Of a DNA stretch of 64,000 nucleotides, positions 28,876 through 38,666 are shown one piece after another; the stretch's first letter is position 1; the number at the start of each line of letters is the position of its first letter. The DNA lies in contig JBEKKX010000011.1 in the NCBI GenBank assembly GCA_050010515.1, positions 1 through 64,000 on the forward strand. Reading direction: 5' to 3'. The notes beneath the pieces are model-generated. The model did no database searches. It was not told the origin of the DNA and saw nothing but the letters and a program-made list of their open reading frames with translations. This DNA comes from Candidatus Bathyarchaeia archaeon. GTDB taxonomy: Archaea; Thermoproteota; Bathyarchaeia; Bathyarchaeales; Bathycorpusculaceae. A program made the position numbers and the translations under genes.

Positions 28876-30261
28876 CTACGAGAGTTTGATGTGCATGGCT
28901 CTGAGTGCATAGGCTGCTGATGTTTTCACGGCTGAGATGCCGTAGGTTCCGCCTCTGCGCATCATCTTCAGAATGTAGCCTGGACGCAAGTAAAATTCTT
29001 GGTAAGCTTTATAGCGGATTTCTGCCAGTTTCTGGATGCTAAGCGACGGCGTTTCAAAGGTTGGCGTGGCGGTGTCATATTTGTTGAAATCAGTAACTCT
29101 TAACCAGCCGTTCTTGATGACTTGATCGTACATTGGCGTGCCTGGATAAGGTGTCGCGACGTAGAAGCCTACATCATCAGGATTCAATTCTTTGACGAAG
29201 TTTATGGTTTGCCGTGCGGTCTGCTCTGTTTCGCTTGGGAAACCCAGTACAACGTTAGCTATGGTCATTAACCCAACGTCGTGTGCGGTTTTATATGCCA
29301 AGCGTGTCTGGTCCAGCTTTATGCGTTTGTTCATTGCGCCTAAGATGGCTTCGGAGCCTGATTCTACTCCCAGCCAAACGGCTATACAACCTGCGTCTTT
29401 CATGATTTTGAGAAGTTCGCGATCTACCATGTCTACGCGTGTTCCGCAGTCCCACATCATATCCAGTTTTCTTCGGTGGAGTTCTTCGCAGATTTTTAAG
29501 ACGCGATCGCGGTTGACTGTAAAGGCGTCATCGTAAAAGGTGACTTGGCTTACACCATACTTTTTATAGACCAATTCCATTTCGTCAACGACGTTCTTGG
29601 GGCTGCGCATGCGGTATCCTCTGCCGAACATGCGGACGGTGCTGCAGAAGTCACACCAGTAAACGCAGCCTCGGCTTGTGATTAGGGGGAAAAGTACTTT
29701 GCCCATTCGTTTTAATGAGTCAAGCGGCAGAAGGTGGTGTGCTGGAAAAGGCAGAGCATCCAAGTCTTCAAGGAAGGGTCTGTCTGGGTTCCGGCTGATT
29801 TTGCCCTCTTTGTTGCGAAAAGTGATGCCTAAAACTTTGTCGAAGCTGTTTTCTCCTCGAAGTTTATCGAGGAGTTCTATGAAGGTTGTTTCGCCTTCTC
29901 TGCGTACGACTATATCTAAGCTTGGGTATTCGTTGAGGGCGTTTTCGTCCCAGAAGGTGCCGTGTGACCCGCCAAGCATCGTTACTGCATCCGGGTGAAC
30001 CTCTTTAGCTATGTCGATTAACTGCATTGCAGATTTATAGAGTAAGGTTGTAGCTGTTACACCGATAACGTCTGATGGGACTTGGCTAATTCGTTTGCGA
30101 AAGGCATCGTAGGTGAGTTTTTCTGCTTGGCAGTCGATGACTGTGACATCGTGGCCTGCTTTTTCTGCAACTGCACCTAAATATGCAATGCCCAGCGGAA
30201 TGAATGGTGGATGTGAGTGTACGCTTGGCGGATAAGGAGGATTAACTAGCGTAATTTTCAT
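28876..30261 (-). CDS. cobalamin-binding radical SAM protein #1
   Basis: LVNPP...PLGIAYL, GGSH, REGE, SRGCVYWCDFC, FYDD, GVESG, PYPGT. Confidence 0.92.
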   Translation of the reverse strand: MKITLVNPPYPPSVHSHPPFIPLGIAYLGAVAEKAGHDVTVIDCQAEKLTYDAFRKRISQVPSDVIGVTATTLLYKSAMQLIDIAKEVHPDAVTMLGGSHGTFWDENALNEYPSLDIVVRREGETTFIELLDKLRGENSFDKVLGITFRNKEGKISRNPDRPFLEDLDALPFPAHHLLPLDSLKRMGKVLFPLITSRGCVYWCDFCSTVRMFGRGYRMRSPKNVVDEMELVYKKYGVSQVTFYDDAFTVNRDRVLKICEELHRRKLDMMWDCGTRVDMVDRELLKIMKDAGCIAVWLGVESGSEAILGAMNKRIKLDQTRLAYKTAHDVGLMTIANVVLGFPSETEQTARQTINFVKELNPDDVGFYVATPYPGTPMYDQVIKNGWLRVTDFNKYDTATPTFETPSLSIQKLAEIRYKAYQEFYLRPGYILKMMRRGGTYGISAVKTSAAYALRAMHIKLS

Positions 30262-30532
30262 GTTGAAGTGTGCCCCTTCTGCAGTTGGATTTCTACGTTT
30301 GGATACAATATATTGTTTTCTTAGTTAGTAGAGAAAACAGGGGTTAAGAGGGTTTGAGATGGAAAAATGTTGAAACAAGTTTCCAATTGTGTTGTTGGAG
30401 CTGCAGAAACAGGTTGGATGTATGAAGTGACTTCGTGTTAACATTTACTTTTTTCTTGGAACTGTTGCTTGAAAAGAAACGCAGAAACTGAAAAAGCTTC
30501 TTTTAACTTTCGGAATCTCCGCCGTAAAAACC

Positions 30533-30925
30533 TCAGGTGCTTACTTGCTCAGGAGTTTGCACGTGAAGTTCTCTTAACCTTCTTATAAAAACAATTACAG
30601 CAAAAACTAACACTACTGCACTAAGCGAAATTGTTATTGAAGTGAAGTTAATCCCGATAGGTGAGAGACCTAAGAATAAACCTACAAGCCCATCTAAGCC
30701 AAAGCTTAACGCAACCGACAACACTAATTCTTCTACGAAATCAAGCTTGTTTCTATTCATAAACAAAATATTAACTAAACAATACCCTGGCAAAAATGCG
30801 ACAAAAACAAAACCGAAAACGTAACGAAAAACGGCAAACAATGAGTTGCTTGGTATAAGATAAGTTGCCAATAAGGTTAAAGCTGTGAAACCAACGATAA
30901 TTTCAAGCCATCTAACAGGTTTCAG
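30533..30925 (-). CDS. DUF1616-like membrane protein
   Basis: RYVFG...FLPGY...EELVLSVALS motif. Frame extends upstream to a CTG at 30925, which completes TM1. Confidence 0.75.
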   Translation of the reverse strand: MKPVRWLEIIVGFTALTLLATYLIPSNSLFAVFRYVFGFVFVAFLPGYCLVNILFMNRNKLDFVEELVLSVALSFGLDGLVGLFLGLSPIGINFTSITISLSAVVLVFAVIVFIRRLRELHVQTPEQVST

Positions 30926-30972
30926 TTTTTAACACTTCAAAAATTTAACCATAAAAAATAAAGGAAGGAGTT

Positions 30973-31884
30973 TTACATGAAAGCTTTGTAGATTGGGTGG
31001 GTTTCTTCTAGTGGCCTTGTTCCGAGGTCTGCTGCTGCTGATGCAATGTATATGTCGGTTACTGCGACGGCTGGGAATACCCATTCTGCTTGTTCTGCGG
31101 GTCCGATCATTAGCCAGTTTGCGCCTGCTGTTTGAATTATCGCGTTGGTGGCGGTTACGCATCCTTTTCGGAATTCTTTGGCAATGTTCGCTTTAATCCA
31201 ACCCATGGTTGTGACAACGTTTCCGCTGCCTAATCCTACGGGGTGACCATACTTCTCTTTCATTATAGGTATAGTTCTTACTGCAGTGCCCATGTCTGGA
31301 GCAAATGCGGGAATTGCCGTGTCGATCAGAGGCTTTGTGATTCCACCTTTGGCAGCTAATGCTAATGCTTCTTCTATAACAGACATCTTTCCTTCGAGGC
31401 TGTTGTCCTTTGGATTGTCAGCAAGCACTATTGACATTTTGACTCCGCTTTCCTTCAAATTCGCCAATTCAGCATCGGTGACGCCTTTGTACACTGAGTT
31501 ATACAAGCATCTGTCAGAAAGACCCATTTTTTTAGCCATTACAGCTGCTGCCATACGTGTCTTAGGGCTCATCGCATCGAGCATCAGTGGTGCATCACTG
31601 TACTTCGATACAAAGTCAATGTACTTCTCAAAAGCTATCTCAGTTGTCCCAACAATGTCAAAAGCGAATTGTACACCAGTAATGTCACTTTGAGTTTGCA
31701 TCGTATTAATTATTTTTTCTGCCTCTTTCGCATCAAAAATGCCTTTGTTTGCATCTTGAACCATTTTCTGGCCTAGCCAAAAGATAGAGCCAATCAGAAA
31801 AGTGGGTAGTTCCCCTGGCTGGCCGCCTACCTTCGCTCTTCCTATAGTGTAGATATTTTGTTTCGTATTGAATTTAAAGGACAT
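30973..31884 (-). CDS. mtrH: MtrH/MtgA-like pterin-binding methyltransferase
   Basis: GGQPGELPTFLIGSIF, GIFD, LYNS, PLID, GLGSGN, IGP. No other mtr subunits in the window. Confidence 0.85.
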   Translation of the reverse strand: MSFKFNTKQNIYTIGRAKVGGQPGELPTFLIGSIFWLGQKMVQDANKGIFDAKEAEKIINTMQTQSDITGVQFAFDIVGTTEIAFEKYIDFVSKYSDAPLMLDAMSPKTRMAAAVMAKKMGLSDRCLYNSVYKGVTDAELANLKESGVKMSIVLADNPKDNSLEGKMSVIEEALALAAKGGITKPLIDTAIPAFAPDMGTAVRTIPIMKEKYGHPVGLGSGNVVTTMGWIKANIAKEFRKGCVTATNAIIQTAGANWLMIGPAEQAEWVFPAVAVTDIYIASAAADLGTRPLEETHPIYKAFM

Positions 31885-31903
31885 TTTTCCTCATCTGATG
31901 GAT

Positions 31904-32332
31904 TTATTTCTTGCCCATAGCTTTCTTTGCTAACTCGGGGGCCTCTTCCTTGTTCTTACCAAAGAGTGCGCCTAATGCGTCAGCGTCTTCTTTTTTGACT
32001 GCAGCACCGCCCATGATTATTGCGATTTTGCCTTTTAATCCGGCTGCCTTCAATGCTTCATCTAGTTTCGGAAGATTGTTTTTTGCAGGTACTGTGTTTA
32101 CTGAAATTGCAATTATGTTCGCGTTGTTTTCTTTTGCTTTATCAACGAAAACTTGCGGTGCAACGCTTTTTCCAACGTCAATTGTTTTGAATCCTGCGCG
32201 TTTTAGTGACCTTCTAACTGCTTCTTTTGCGGTGTCATGCATATCTGGTTCAATGTTGCCTATTACGATTATCCCCAATGGATTCTCTGGTTCTGGAGGC
32301 TCTTTTTCCATCATAGATTTAAGCCATGACAT
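31904..32332 (-). CDS. small corrinoid (B12-binding) protein
   Basis: DMHDTAK (DxHxxG variant), AGFKTIDVG, IAIS, IMGGAAV. Rossmann domain only, 142 aa. Confidence 0.85.
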   Translation of the reverse strand: MSWLKSMMEKEPPEPENPLGIIVIGNIEPDMHDTAKEAVRRSLKRAGFKTIDVGKSVAPQVFVDKAKENNANIIAISVNTVPAKNNLPKLDEALKAAGLKGKIAIIMGGAAVKKEDADALGALFGKNKEEAPELAKKAMGKK

Positions 32333-32449
32333 TTAAACACCTTTTTTCCTTTTTATTACTCTGGGCTTTTTATACTCGAATTTCATATTTAAGCTTGACT
32401 AATAATTTCATCAAATGCGAAAGGATAAAACTCGGAAAGGCGAGGGTAA

Positions 32450-34759
32450 ATGTTCAAAGCAACCAAAAAGCATGTCTTGCTATTGCTAATTTTCGCTTTC
32501 GCGTTTATTTACCGTATAATTCTAATGCTTTGGCAAACATTCCCGCCAGGCGCTGACATCGGCTTACACGCCAGCGTCATCAACTCAATTACACAGTCAG
32601 GTAACACAAATTTCCTAACGGATTACTACCAGATGGGCGGAGGCGTATCCTTGACTTTTCCAGGATACCACATTTTCGCTGCAGGAATAATACTGATGAC
32701 GGGAATGTCCGATTATGTGGCGCAGACTATTATTGTGGCTTTATTCTCTTCGCTTATTGTATTATGCGCTTTCTTGATTACTCGAACTGTATGGAATGAA
32801 TCAGCCGCTTTCATCGTTGCATTTTTAGTGGCAATCTCACGCTTTGATGTTGAAATGCTCCTGTGGGGAGGCTACCCCAACGTAATCACATTGCTTTTGA
32901 TTCCTTTAACCTTTTACCTGTACCTTCAAAGAGACAGGTTTTCGCTAACGCCTTTTCTCGTATCAACCTCTATTTTAGTTGGCTCAATATTTTTAACTCA
33001 CTCTTTAAGCGCCGCCGTTTTCGTGGGCATAACAGTGGGTACCGTGCTCTGTGTAATGATTTCACCTAAAACATTTGGTACATCAAGAAAAAATGTCCTC
33101 TATTGGTTACTGCCAATATTTGGCGGAGCCGTCCTTGTTTCCCCTTTTCTAGCAAGTGCAGTGCCCGCATATTTGAATGCTAACTCTACATTTACAGGCA
33201 CCGCTTTAATTGACCGAGCATTGCTTGCAACGCGAGTGCTTCCTCTTGATATAGTGTTAGCGCTTTTTGCTTGTCTTTTGCCGTATTTTCTTTTATCGAA
33301 AAAATACAAAGGACGATTTTTTTCGCTTCCGGTGTTTCTCCTTATCATGTGGCTTTTAGTTCCTTTATTGTTAACACAGGGCTACATGTTTGGGCTTTAT
33401 GTGGATTACAATCGGTTTCTATACTTCCTAATTTTACCCGTCATAATACTCTTCGCTATGATGATTGATCATGCCTCAGGATACTTTGCAAAAGTAATAG
33501 ACACCTTACGTGTTTTAACTAGCCAAATGCAGAAAACAAAGAAGACTGTAAACAAGCTAAGATCAAGAATCTTAACTCGGATAACTCATAAAACAATTTA
33601 TTCTGCCTTTTTATTGGGCTTCGTGCTTATCTTCCTCTTCACTCTTCCAATCTTTCTGACTCCTTGGCAAGGCGTCACAATTCAAAGTTTCTACCAAGTT
33701 ATGAACAACCCTGGCTACCAAGCAATAGAGTGGGCTAAGCAAAACACGCCAGTTGGCTCAGTGTTTGTTTCCGATGCTCTTTACGGGTGGTGGCTTGGCG
33801 GGTTTGCTGAGCGGCCAACTTTAAGTGCGGTTTCCCCACAATATTTAACGGTTGACCAAGAGTTGGCTCCGGCCACTGTTGCTGCTAATCTGCTTGACAC
33901 GGATTACATAATTGATAATGGTTACATTCAGGTTAGGGAAGATGGCGGATACATTGGTAGACATAATCCCGAGTTTTTAGCTGATCTTAGCTGGACTCCT
34001 TTTTCCTATTCATTCTTTCAGTTTAATGATAGCGAGATTACTCTGCTTTCTCAGAATGGTGGGTCTGTTCAATCTACTGACATAACACAGATACCTGTAA
34101 CTAACATGCAACTCGTAGGCGCGCAAACTGATAATCCATCAATTATCGTTAACAAAGGAAACAGCGACTTCAATTACTCAGAAATTTTAACCGTCTCAAA
34201 GGGAGTTGCCTTCGCAAATATGACCATAGCAATCCAGAGTAACAATCAGAATGTTTCCTTGGATTGGGTTAATTTCATTTTAAACTCCCAAGGCGAATTT
34301 CTGCAACCGAGTGGAAATACAGTTGCAATGTTAGATGTTGGCATGAAGGAATGTGGTCAATTAATTTTTGTTGAAAATCAGCCAGAAATTTCCTCGTTTA
34401 ATTCAGAAAATCCATGCGTTACAGAATTATCCTACAATTTACAAGGCAAAACTACAGCAGAAATTCAAATGTTAGTTGGAATCTACCAGGTTTCCGAAAG
34501 TGACATACAAAACCAAGCAAGCCTCAACAAAACAATAACTGATAATGTTCAAACTGCCCAAAAACCAACTGTCGCTTTGCCTATGACCACGTTCGATTAC
34601 CAAGCAGCTATACAAGCAAATTCAATTTCCTATATTGCAAATCGCGATTTTGAATTAAACCCCAAATTTGCTGGCGATCCCACATTTAACCTTGTATTTA
34701 TTAACAATGAAGTTGCCATCTTTAAGGTTAAAGCTAATGCCACTCTAGTCGGGGGATAG
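32450..34759 (+). CDS. GT-C-type membrane glycosyltransferase #1
   Basis: Multi-TM N-terminal half with ADIGLH, FPGYH and WGGYPN; AIEWAKQNTP...GWWL core; extracellular C-terminal domain. Confidence 0.7.
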   Translation: MFKATKKHVLLLLIFAFAFIYRIILMLWQTFPPGADIGLHASVINSITQSGNTNFLTDYYQMGGGVSLTFPGYHIFAAGIILMTGMSDYVAQTIIVALFSSLIVLCAFLITRTVWNESAAFIVAFLVAISRFDVEMLLWGGYPNVITLLLIPLTFYLYLQRDRFSLTPFLVSTSILVGSIFLTHSLSAAVFVGITVGTVLCVMISPKTFGTSRKNVLYWLLPIFGGAVLVSPFLASAVPAYLNANSTFTGTALIDRALLATRVLPLDIVLALFACLLPYFLLSKKYKGRFFSLPVFLLIMWLLVPLLLTQGYMFGLYVDYNRFLYFLILPVIILFAMMIDHASGYFAKVIDTLRVLTSQMQKTKKTVNKLRSRILTRITHKTIYSAFLLGFVLIFLFTLPIFLTPWQGVTIQSFYQVMNNPGYQAIEWAKQNTPVGSVFVSDALYGWWLGGFAERPTLSAVSPQYLTVDQELAPATVAANLLDTDYIIDNGYIQVREDGGYIGRHNPEFLADLSWTPFSYSFFQFNDSEITLLSQNGGSVQSTDITQIPVTNMQLVGAQTDNPSIIVNKGNSDFNYSEILTVSKGVAFANMTIAIQSNNQNVSLDWVNFILNSQGEFLQPSGNTVAMLDVGMKECGQLIFVENQPEISSFNSENPCVTELSYNLQGKTTAEIQMLVGIYQVSESDIQNQASLNKTITDNVQTAQKPTVALPMTTFDYQAAIQANSISYIANRDFELNPKFAGDPTFNLVFINNEVAIFKVKANATLVGG

Positions 34760-34768
34760 CTACACGCC

Positions 34769-37075
34769 TTGATGGGTAAATTGACAGAGAGACAACTTGA
34801 AATCGCCTTTATCACTGTTTTCTCTGTACTTATTTTCATCATTTTCTACACCCTCATATCAATGAATGGCGTAGTGTTAGGAAACGACCCTGCTGTTCAT
34901 TTGGAAAAAGCCCAAATCTTCCTGCAAACAGGAAAAATCCCCTTAGTTAACTTAGGCTGGACCCCTCCGCTTTACGAGCTTTTGCTTACAATGCTTATTT
35001 CTTTTAGTGGTGCAACTGGCATTGGGCAGCAGATTTTTTTAGTAAAAGCTTTAGCGGTAATAATTGATTGGTTGCTGTTCCTCTCTGTTTATTTGATTGG
35101 TAGAAAATTTTTTAACAAAAAAATCGGAGCTGTGGCCGCTGTTTTGTTGCTGATGTGTTTCCCTATCTACGAGGCCAACGCGTGGGGGGGCTATACGACA
35201 GTGCTTGGTATAACGTTTATTCTCTTGGTATTTCTTTATTTAACTTTAGCAATAGAGCAATTCGGGTATCTTGTGGTCACTTTTTTTGCGGCTTTTGCTC
35301 TTGTTTTGTCTCATCAGCTTGCTGCGTTTCTTGGCGTTATAATGTTGCTTCCAATTCTGCTCTATATGCTAATAAAATCCAAAGGCGCCTACCTTAAAGT
35401 TGTAGTGGCGCTAATGTTAGGCGGAGGAATAGCATTCTTCCTCTATTATTTTCAAGCTATGGTTCCTTATCTTGGTCTTGTCATCGAGTACGTGTTTTTT
35501 GCCGAAAAAAGTTATGCTACCCAGATTCCAGCAGCAAGCTTTAATTCTTTCTTGGTCAATTTCGGTTTCATATTTATCTTTGCTTTAAGCGGCATTTTTA
35601 TTTCATATTATCTTTTAAAAAGACAAAAGAACCTGATTTTTTATGCGATATTGATGCTTAGTTTCTTTGTTCCTCTTTTTTTCGCTGAATCTTACATTTT
35701 TGGTTTGTACATGCCCTTTCAATGGTTCATTTATTATTTGACGCCTCCTATGGCAATTTTCGCGGCTGTTTCCGTTGTCTTTATTGAAGAAAAGTTCATA
35801 GTTTACTATGCCAAAAACAAAAAAAGTTTCCGTAAAAACTGGTTAACCATAGCTGCTGTTTCTTTAATTGTATTAATGTGTTTAATGCTCGTTGGTCGGT
35901 CAAATGTTGTGTATGGAAAAATCATGCAAGCCAGCGTTTTCTATTCGACAACCGACATAAAAGCGTATGATGCTGGAGTTTGGCTTGAACAAAACTATCC
36001 CGGCGACGCAACCGTGGTGGATACCCAAATTCCCGGCTTTTGGTTTTCAATCTTTTCTGGCAAAACCGTAATTGCGCAAACCAGTGCGGGCGAAGGAACA
36101 AATGACATTGCCGAGTCCGTTTTGAGTCTATCGTACTCAATTCAGGACCCCCAAACTTTGGTGAAGGCTTACGAGGCGAACGGTGATGTTGACGAAGAAA
36201 ATTACGTCTCCATAAATCAAATCTGGTATCAAGTATCAGATTCTTCTACCGCTGGCGATTTTATCTCATTCACACAAAATGGCACGAATTACAAATTTGC
36301 TCTCTCTGACTTAAGCATGGAGATATCTTTTGATGAGCAAAGTTACCCCGCAAAGGTTGAGTTCCTCTACTCCAATGACTATGTAGAATTAACGGAGACA
36401 ATGTTTGTTCAAAATGACAGTTACCCAATCAACGTTTCATGGGCTGTCACTCCCTTAAACAACGACATTTCTAATGTAACATTATACTTAACCACTTACT
36501 TTGACCCTCAATTTGACTTTGATGAAGCGCAGATACCTCAACTAATGAATTGGGTTAACCCATGGAACGTGTCTTCAAAAACTACTGAGGGAACAGAATG
36601 GGCAGTTGTTAGTTTTACAAGTTCAGACTTAAAAGATAATTACATAGGTCTTTATGACGATAAAAACCAGATTGCTTTCGCCTTTAATTTTACTGATTTG
36701 CCCGATTGGGGAAACATCGGTGCTTTGGCAAGTAGACAAATAGATGCTGTGAGATTCCAATACCAATTCAACCAAATCAACGTCAACCAGACAGTTACAA
36801 GGCAGTATCAGGTTCTTACGCTTTCAAAAAACAGTTTTCCAACATTGCAGCCAAACGAACTGGAAAGCCTCTTCAATTTCAAACCTGGCCAATTTACAGT
36901 ATCCACCTCAGACTTTAAGGACTACATCGCAGAAAACAACATTGGATTCATCGTTTATGACAAAAACCAACTTAATAGTAATATGGTCAGTTGCCCATTT
37001 TTAGAACTAATTTACTCAAACGACAGGTATGACATCTTCAAAATCTTAAGCAATTACAATCAAACGCAAACTTGA
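34769..37075 (+). CDS. GT-C-type membrane glycosyltransferase #2
   Basis: NDPAVH, WTPPLY, WGGY, SHQL, GVWLEQNYP...GFWF; paralog of the upstream gene. Confidence 0.7.
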   Translation: MMGKLTERQLEIAFITVFSVLIFIIFYTLISMNGVVLGNDPAVHLEKAQIFLQTGKIPLVNLGWTPPLYELLLTMLISFSGATGIGQQIFLVKALAVIIDWLLFLSVYLIGRKFFNKKIGAVAAVLLLMCFPIYEANAWGGYTTVLGITFILLVFLYLTLAIEQFGYLVVTFFAAFALVLSHQLAAFLGVIMLLPILLYMLIKSKGAYLKVVVALMLGGGIAFFLYYFQAMVPYLGLVIEYVFFAEKSYATQIPAASFNSFLVNFGFIFIFALSGIFISYYLLKRQKNLIFYAILMLSFFVPLFFAESYIFGLYMPFQWFIYYLTPPMAIFAAVSVVFIEEKFIVYYAKNKKSFRKNWLTIAAVSLIVLMCLMLVGRSNVVYGKIMQASVFYSTTDIKAYDAGVWLEQNYPGDATVVDTQIPGFWFSIFSGKTVIAQTSAGEGTNDIAESVLSLSYSIQDPQTLVKAYEANGDVDEENYVSINQIWYQVSDSSTAGDFISFTQNGTNYKFALSDLSMEISFDEQSYPAKVEFLYSNDYVELTETMFVQNDSYPINVSWAVTPLNNDISNVTLYLTTYFDPQFDFDEAQIPQLMNWVNPWNVSSKTTEGTEWAVVSFTSSDLKDNYIGLYDDKNQIAFAFNFTDLPDWGNIGALASRQIDAVRFQYQFNQINVNQTVTRQYQVLTLSKNSFPTLQPNELESLFNFKPGQFTVSTSDFKDYIAENNIGFIVYDKNQLNSNMVSCPFLELIYSNDRYDIFKILSNYNQTQT

Positions 37076-37334
37076 AAATAAAGAAGAATGTTTTTTTCCT
37101 AAAGCCCAGAATAAGCGTTTTTTCACGTAGCGTCTTTGTACGCATGTGCAATGTCACCACGGGTTCTTGAGGTTTTCATCTATCTTTAAACGGGTCAAGG
37201 TAGCAGGTAAACCTTCTTTTCGGCAAGAATCTCTCAGCAGCATCTTTCAAAACAGCAATGGCATCTTCTTTTCTTTAGTTGCGGGTAGTTCTTCAGTCTT
37301 GTTCACAGAAATAAAGAAGAAAAGAATCATGTGT

Positions 37335-38414
37335 TTATTGTTTTTTGAGGGCTTTTGGGTCTTCCTGAAGCAGCTTTGGTATGTAGTTGCAGGCTGGGTC
37401 TGACTCGAACAGGTCGCCCGTGTAGTATTCGGCGCGTGTTCGGCATCCGCCGCAGATTTCTCGGTACTCGCAAACTCCGCATCTGCCCTTAATGTTGCTC
37501 TTGTCACGCAGCTTCAGGTGCAGTTCGCTTTGTTGCAGGTCATCCCAAACCTTGGTTAATTTCTTGTCTTTGACGTTGCCTAAGCGGTAGCCTTCATGGA
37601 AACCGCAGCTGCGGTAGTCGCCGTTTTCTGTTATGCCAACGTAGTTGCCGCCGATGGTGCATCTTCCGAGATAGCCCTCGTGATACCAGTCCCAGAAGTC
37701 AACTGGGTTTTTCTGACGTACAATTCTGGCGTAGAAAGGCGAGTAAACGTTGACTTTAACTTTGCCCATAAGTTTTCTTTGGATGTCGTATATTTCGTTA
37801 AAAGCTTCCTCATATTGTTCAGGTGTCGGTGCTAAGTCAGGCATATTGCTTCCTGCTCTGCCAACTGGAACTAGGTTATGGTAGACAAGCATGCGGGCTT
37901 TGTATTCCTCTGCAAGTGCTGCAGGGTGCGCCATGTGCTTGATGTTATACTTAGTCATGGTTGTGACTAAGCAGTCTAGTAATCCAACCTCGGAGAGCTT
38001 CTTCATAGCGTATACTGCTTTGTCATAGCTACCTTTGCGTCGAATAATTTCATTTGATTCCCTGTTTCCATCAATGCTGATTGCCGTGTGAACATTATAC
38101 TTTCTAAGTTTATCAAACCGTTCCTCATCAAACGCAAACCCACTTGTGATAAGACTAATTTTCATATCATATTTTTCTTCAGCATAAGCGATAACTTCAA
38201 AAATGTCCTCTCGAATCAAGGGTTCTCCGCCGCTAATGCCAAACCATGGCGAACCGAAGTCATGGATTTCGTCAACCATTTTTTTGGCACCTTTGGTGTC
38301 CAGTTCGGTGTCTGCGGCATACTCTTTGGTATAACTGCAGTACATGCAGTTGCCAACACAGTTCCTTGTACACCGCCAAACCACCATGTACAATGGTGAC
38401 TTATTTGGAGCCAT
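37335..38414 (-). CDS. radical SAM/SPASM protein #1 (NirJ/Ahb/PqqE-like)
   Basis: CVGNCMYC, SGGEPL, SIDG; SPASM cysteines CTIGG, RSC, CGVCEYREICGGC, DPAC. Confidence 0.9.
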   Translation of the reverse strand: MAPNKSPLYMVVWRCTRNCVGNCMYCSYTKEYAADTELDTKGAKKMVDEIHDFGSPWFGISGGEPLIREDIFEVIAYAEEKYDMKISLITSGFAFDEERFDKLRKYNVHTAISIDGNRESNEIIRRKGSYDKAVYAMKKLSEVGLLDCLVTTMTKYNIKHMAHPAALAEEYKARMLVYHNLVPVGRAGSNMPDLAPTPEQYEEAFNEIYDIQRKLMGKVKVNVYSPFYARIVRQKNPVDFWDWYHEGYLGRCTIGGNYVGITENGDYRSCGFHEGYRLGNVKDKKLTKVWDDLQQSELHLKLRDKSNIKGRCGVCEYREICGGCRTRAEYYTGDLFESDPACNYIPKLLQEDPKALKKQ

Positions 38415-38666
38415 ATAATACCCACATTTGAAAATAAGATTAGTTAATGCGATATAAAACTTGCTCCTAAAAACCGGCTTTCTGTTTCTCTACAGAGGTT
38501 GCAGAAAGCAATCAAGTGAGGCATTTTTGCTCATCAAAAGAAAACCCGTTGGCTTTTACTTTCCTACTCTTCCTTCTCAGATATGGAACATGCATAGGCT
38601 TTAGGAAAGTCTTATAAAACCAACCAACTCTAAATTGAAAGCAGAAATTAAGGAGATTATAAAAAA

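Noticed and set aside
37075-37335. RiPP, PqqA or MftA-like precursor peptide next to the SPASM gene
   Set aside because: The short frames I read here lack ExxxY or IDGxCGVY-type cores and convincing start context. A systematic small-ORF search was not possible.
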